DNA of 64,000 bases from Octopus sinensis (lineage: Eukaryota), in NCBI RefSeq assembly GCF_006345805.1, contig NC_042997.1, forward strand, positions 113,522,001 to 113,586,000, in the 5' to 3' direction. The notes beneath the pieces were generated by a model that was not told the DNA's origin, did not search any database, and worked only from the letters and a program-made list of their open reading frames with translations. The position numbers were made by a program, and so were the translations under genes. The number at the start of each line of letters is the position of its first letter. Position 1 is the stretch's first letter. Shown one piece after another: positions 60,758-64,000 of the stretch.

Positions 60758-61334
60758 TTTATTGTTTTATTAGCCACAATAAATGGATGCTCTGTTGCAG
60801 TACAAGATAGTGGTTCTCATGGCTTCTGATCTTAACTGATTGGAAGTGTCATCATGTACATTGTTTTGTCTTGGTATAAAAGATGGGCTACAGCAAATAT
60901 TCTGCTCAAAACCACAGATTTGCTTGTCAGTTGCTTGACCGTAACCAGTTGAGCATGTCCCTTGGTAGCTGACGATATGTGCATCTCTGATCACAAGCAG
61001 TGGGAGATCACAAGTAGTGGGAGAGCATCATAGCTATGTGTTGAGAGGAATTCTTTGGGGTTTGAATAGTTCACCTTTAGAAACGGGTGTTTTGTTCAAC
61101 ATCCTTAAACAACCCTTATTCAGGGACCTACTCAGCTAGAAGAAAATTCTAACTGGGCCCCACCTGCAAGGTCATGCACTGTTTATCTTGATATGAGACC
61201 GCTATGTTGCACACATAAGGTTGCAATGCATGTGCCTGGTGTACCCTTATCAGACAAGTAGTCATGATGGGTATACTGGGCTTTGTATATTTTACCCCAG
61301 TATCACTGTGATGGCATGCACTGCTCTATCACTC
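60758..61334 (+). mobile_element. Unclassified ~580-bp interspersed element within an (AAT)n tract
   Basis: Complex sequence bracketed by (AAT)n at 60703-60757 and 61335-61357; no convincing ORF. Confidence 0.45.
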
Positions 61335-61384
61335 AATAATAATAATAATAATGATAATGGTGAGATTATAGAGTCACAGTAATA

Positions 61385-61960
61385 ATAATCCTTTCTGTTA
61401 TAGGCACAAGTCTACAAATGTTGGGAGAGGTGGGATGGGGCTGTTAGGAAATTACATCGATGCTAGTAATCAACTGGTCCTTACTTTGTCAACCTCAAAA
61501 GGATGAAAGGTAAAGTTGGTGGAATTTGAACTCAGAATATAAAGATGGGATGAAATGCTAAGCGATATTCTGTCTGGTGTGCTACTAGTTCTGCCATCTT
61601 GCCAATAATCTTTTTCACTCTAGGCACAAGGCCCGAAATTTTTGGAGAGGGGAGCCAGTCAACTAGATCGAGCTGGCAGAAACGTTAGCACACCAGGCGA
61701 AATGATTAGCGGTATTTCATCTGCCGCTACTTTCTGAGTTCAAATTCTACCAAGGTCGACTTTGCCTTTCATCCTTTCGGGGTCGATTAAATAAGTACCA
61801 GTTATGCATTGGGGTCGATATAATTGACTTAATCCGTTTGTCTGTGTGTAGCTCCTTGTGAGCAATAATGAAATAAGATCGACCCCAGTGCGCAACTGGT
61901 ACTTAATTTACCAACATCAAAAGGACAATAGGCAAAGTCGACCTTGGGGCCATCTTGCCA
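61385..61960. mobile_element. Nested and inverted SINE family B cluster
   Basis: A + copy (~61675-61875) sits inside a - copy, next to another - copy. Other B copies at about 20100-20265(-), 20493-20640(+), 20940-21135, 25700-25885(-), 26018-26230(+), 27787-27995, 30882-31100, 33572-33720, 49447-49662, 53955-54170, 59690-59860, 60043-60190(-) and 63410-63500. Confidence 0.8.
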
Positions 61961-62478
61961 ATAATGCTACATCTTAGAAGATAGCTGTGTGTGTTTGTGT
62001 GTGTTGGGTGGACAGTCCTTCTGGTTGTTATGATTTGGTCCTAAGCCAATCCTGTTTGAGCAGACATGAGATCTAAGCCTGCCATGACCTTCACATTACA
62101 TTATCCTTCTCTTTTTTAAGGTAACAAGGTATGATAGAAGGGAGATTTGGCTGCTATTTCTAGAATTGGTATGCTTCCAGTTTTCTCTCTTATTATAATG
62201 TTATTCTCTGGCCAAGTCTCTCTACATCACTACACAGTGTGATGGTGTTGCCGTTGTTGTTGTAATCTTGTCTTTACCAATATTTCCTGTCTCACTAATT
62301 CTTGGAGATTTATATTATTCTTCTTTAGCCAATATTGCCATTTTACGATTGTCATTTCTTCCCCTCTTCCCTCCCTCCAAGATATATCTGTCTTTGTAAG
62401 TCAGCATGACACAGTGTGTGTGTGTGTGTGTGGAGGGGGGAATATACACAAGTATATATATATGTGTGTGTGTGTATG

Positions 62479-62509
<31 letters not shown>

Positions 62510-64000
62510 ATACGTTTATATGTATATGGTGAATGTGTATATATATTTATATTATATATATGTGTGTGTATGGGGAGGGGGAATATACATTAGTATATAT
62601 ATATGTGTATGTGTGTCTGTGTGTGTATGCATATATGTCAATGTATATATATATAAATATATATGCACACACATATACGCACATTGACATATATGCATAC
62701 ATATATATATATGCATGTGTGTGTATGTGTGCACGCATGTGTGTGTGTGTGTGTATGACTCAATAAACCATATTTGACTTATTCATTTCCAAACATTAAC
62801 CTTGTTCCATGCATAACCTGTCTTCCCCCTCCCATCCACCTTTCACACTTCTGCCACATCCACCTGATAGCAGCAGTAGCAGCAGCAGCTCGTTTATTTC
62901 TCTTTCTTTTCAATATTGACATATATTTCTCTTTTTGTTGTTCTTCAAGCTGTTTGGTGTTAGGACTGTGGCTGAACAGTTAGCAAGTTTGCTTTGCAAT
63001 CACTAGAGCCTGGGTTCAACTCTACTCTGTGGCATCTCAAGCGAGTGTCTTTTACAATTGCCTTGGGTTTACTCAAGCCTTTTGTCTGAAATTGGGTGAA
63101 TGGAAACTATGCGGAAGCCCTTTGGGTTAATTTTACCTGTAATTTAAGGATCCATCCATATCAGTCAGTTATGGAAGCATGTGGCTTAGTGGTTAGCATG
63201 TAGGACTCATGACTATAAGATCGTGGTTTCAATTCCTAAAACAGTAAAGCATTAGCTACATGAAGACATCCTTAGCATCTGCTTAACTTCATTGATGCCA
63301 TATTAATTGCCATGCAAAATACGGGAGGTTTTTCTGCCGCATCTTGTACCAGAGGAAAAATAGTCCAGTCAATAAAACAACTAGAAACTCACCAATGAGT
63401 TCCACTGATACTACGCCGGGCGAAATGCCTGGCGGTATTTCGTCTGCCGTTACATTCTGAGTTCAAATTCTGCTGAGGTCGACTTTGCCTGTCATCCTTT
63501 CAATGGCAACTTGTCTGTGCTGGTTTATCGTTTTCCCCATTATCCTCCTATTTCTCCCTTTCCATATTTTCTGCATAGAATGCTTCCTATTTCCATTTAT
63601 TCCGATCTACATTGTTCCATTTGTGAATCTCACCATTTAAAAGTCCTTTCAAGAACGATTGTTCACACGTCTTACTTGAATCTGTTTCATTTTCAATAGC
63701 GTTTTACTGCAAGTTGGTAACACGACCACTACCATAATCATCGTCATGGTCACTACCAGCATCAGCATCTTCACCATCATCATTGTTTTAACTTCCACTT
63801 TTCATTGCTTGGATGGGCCACACAGAATTCATTGAGGCAAATTTTATATGGTTGGATGCTCTCCCTATCACCAACCCCCCACCTGTTTCTCAGTGAAGCA
63901 ATATTTTCCCCCTCCCCTTCTATGGTTGGTCATTTTTTCATTGAAGAGAGAAACATGACAGCTTGTATGATGGTGACTCTTGTTTACAACTATCACATGA

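Overview
AT-rich, repeat-dense animal genomic DNA. The tRNA-derived SINE families, microsatellite load and RTE/Penelope content resemble an octopus (coleoid cephalopod) genome; this is an inference, no search was run. Most ORFs in the supplied track are microsatellite or antisense artefacts. Clear protein-coding content is retrotransposon-derived: a 5'-truncated RTE LINE at 16.5-19.6 kb (RT with YADD plus a PHD-type Cys/His module, about 7 single-base frameshifts, no nonsense codons), older RTE fragments, two R4/Dong-like endonuclease fragments, one HERO/NeSL-like and one CR1-like fragment. Also present are many SINEs, three non-autonomous Helitrons, TTAA-flanked piggyBac-type MITEs and a 100-N gap. 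A chain of small phase-compatible + strand exons suggests an unidentified host gene with long introns. The most interesting signals are (1) eight minimal hammerhead-ribozyme-like motifs in three short Penelope-like families, one a discrete 193-bp insertion with a 14-bp TSD, (2) a 132-bp, 66% GC, coding-like foreign fragment inside a SINE, (3) repeated fold-back structures, and (4) evidence that the commonest dispersed repeat is the RTE 3' UTR. Repeat boundaries are approximate unless a TSD or terminus is quoted.
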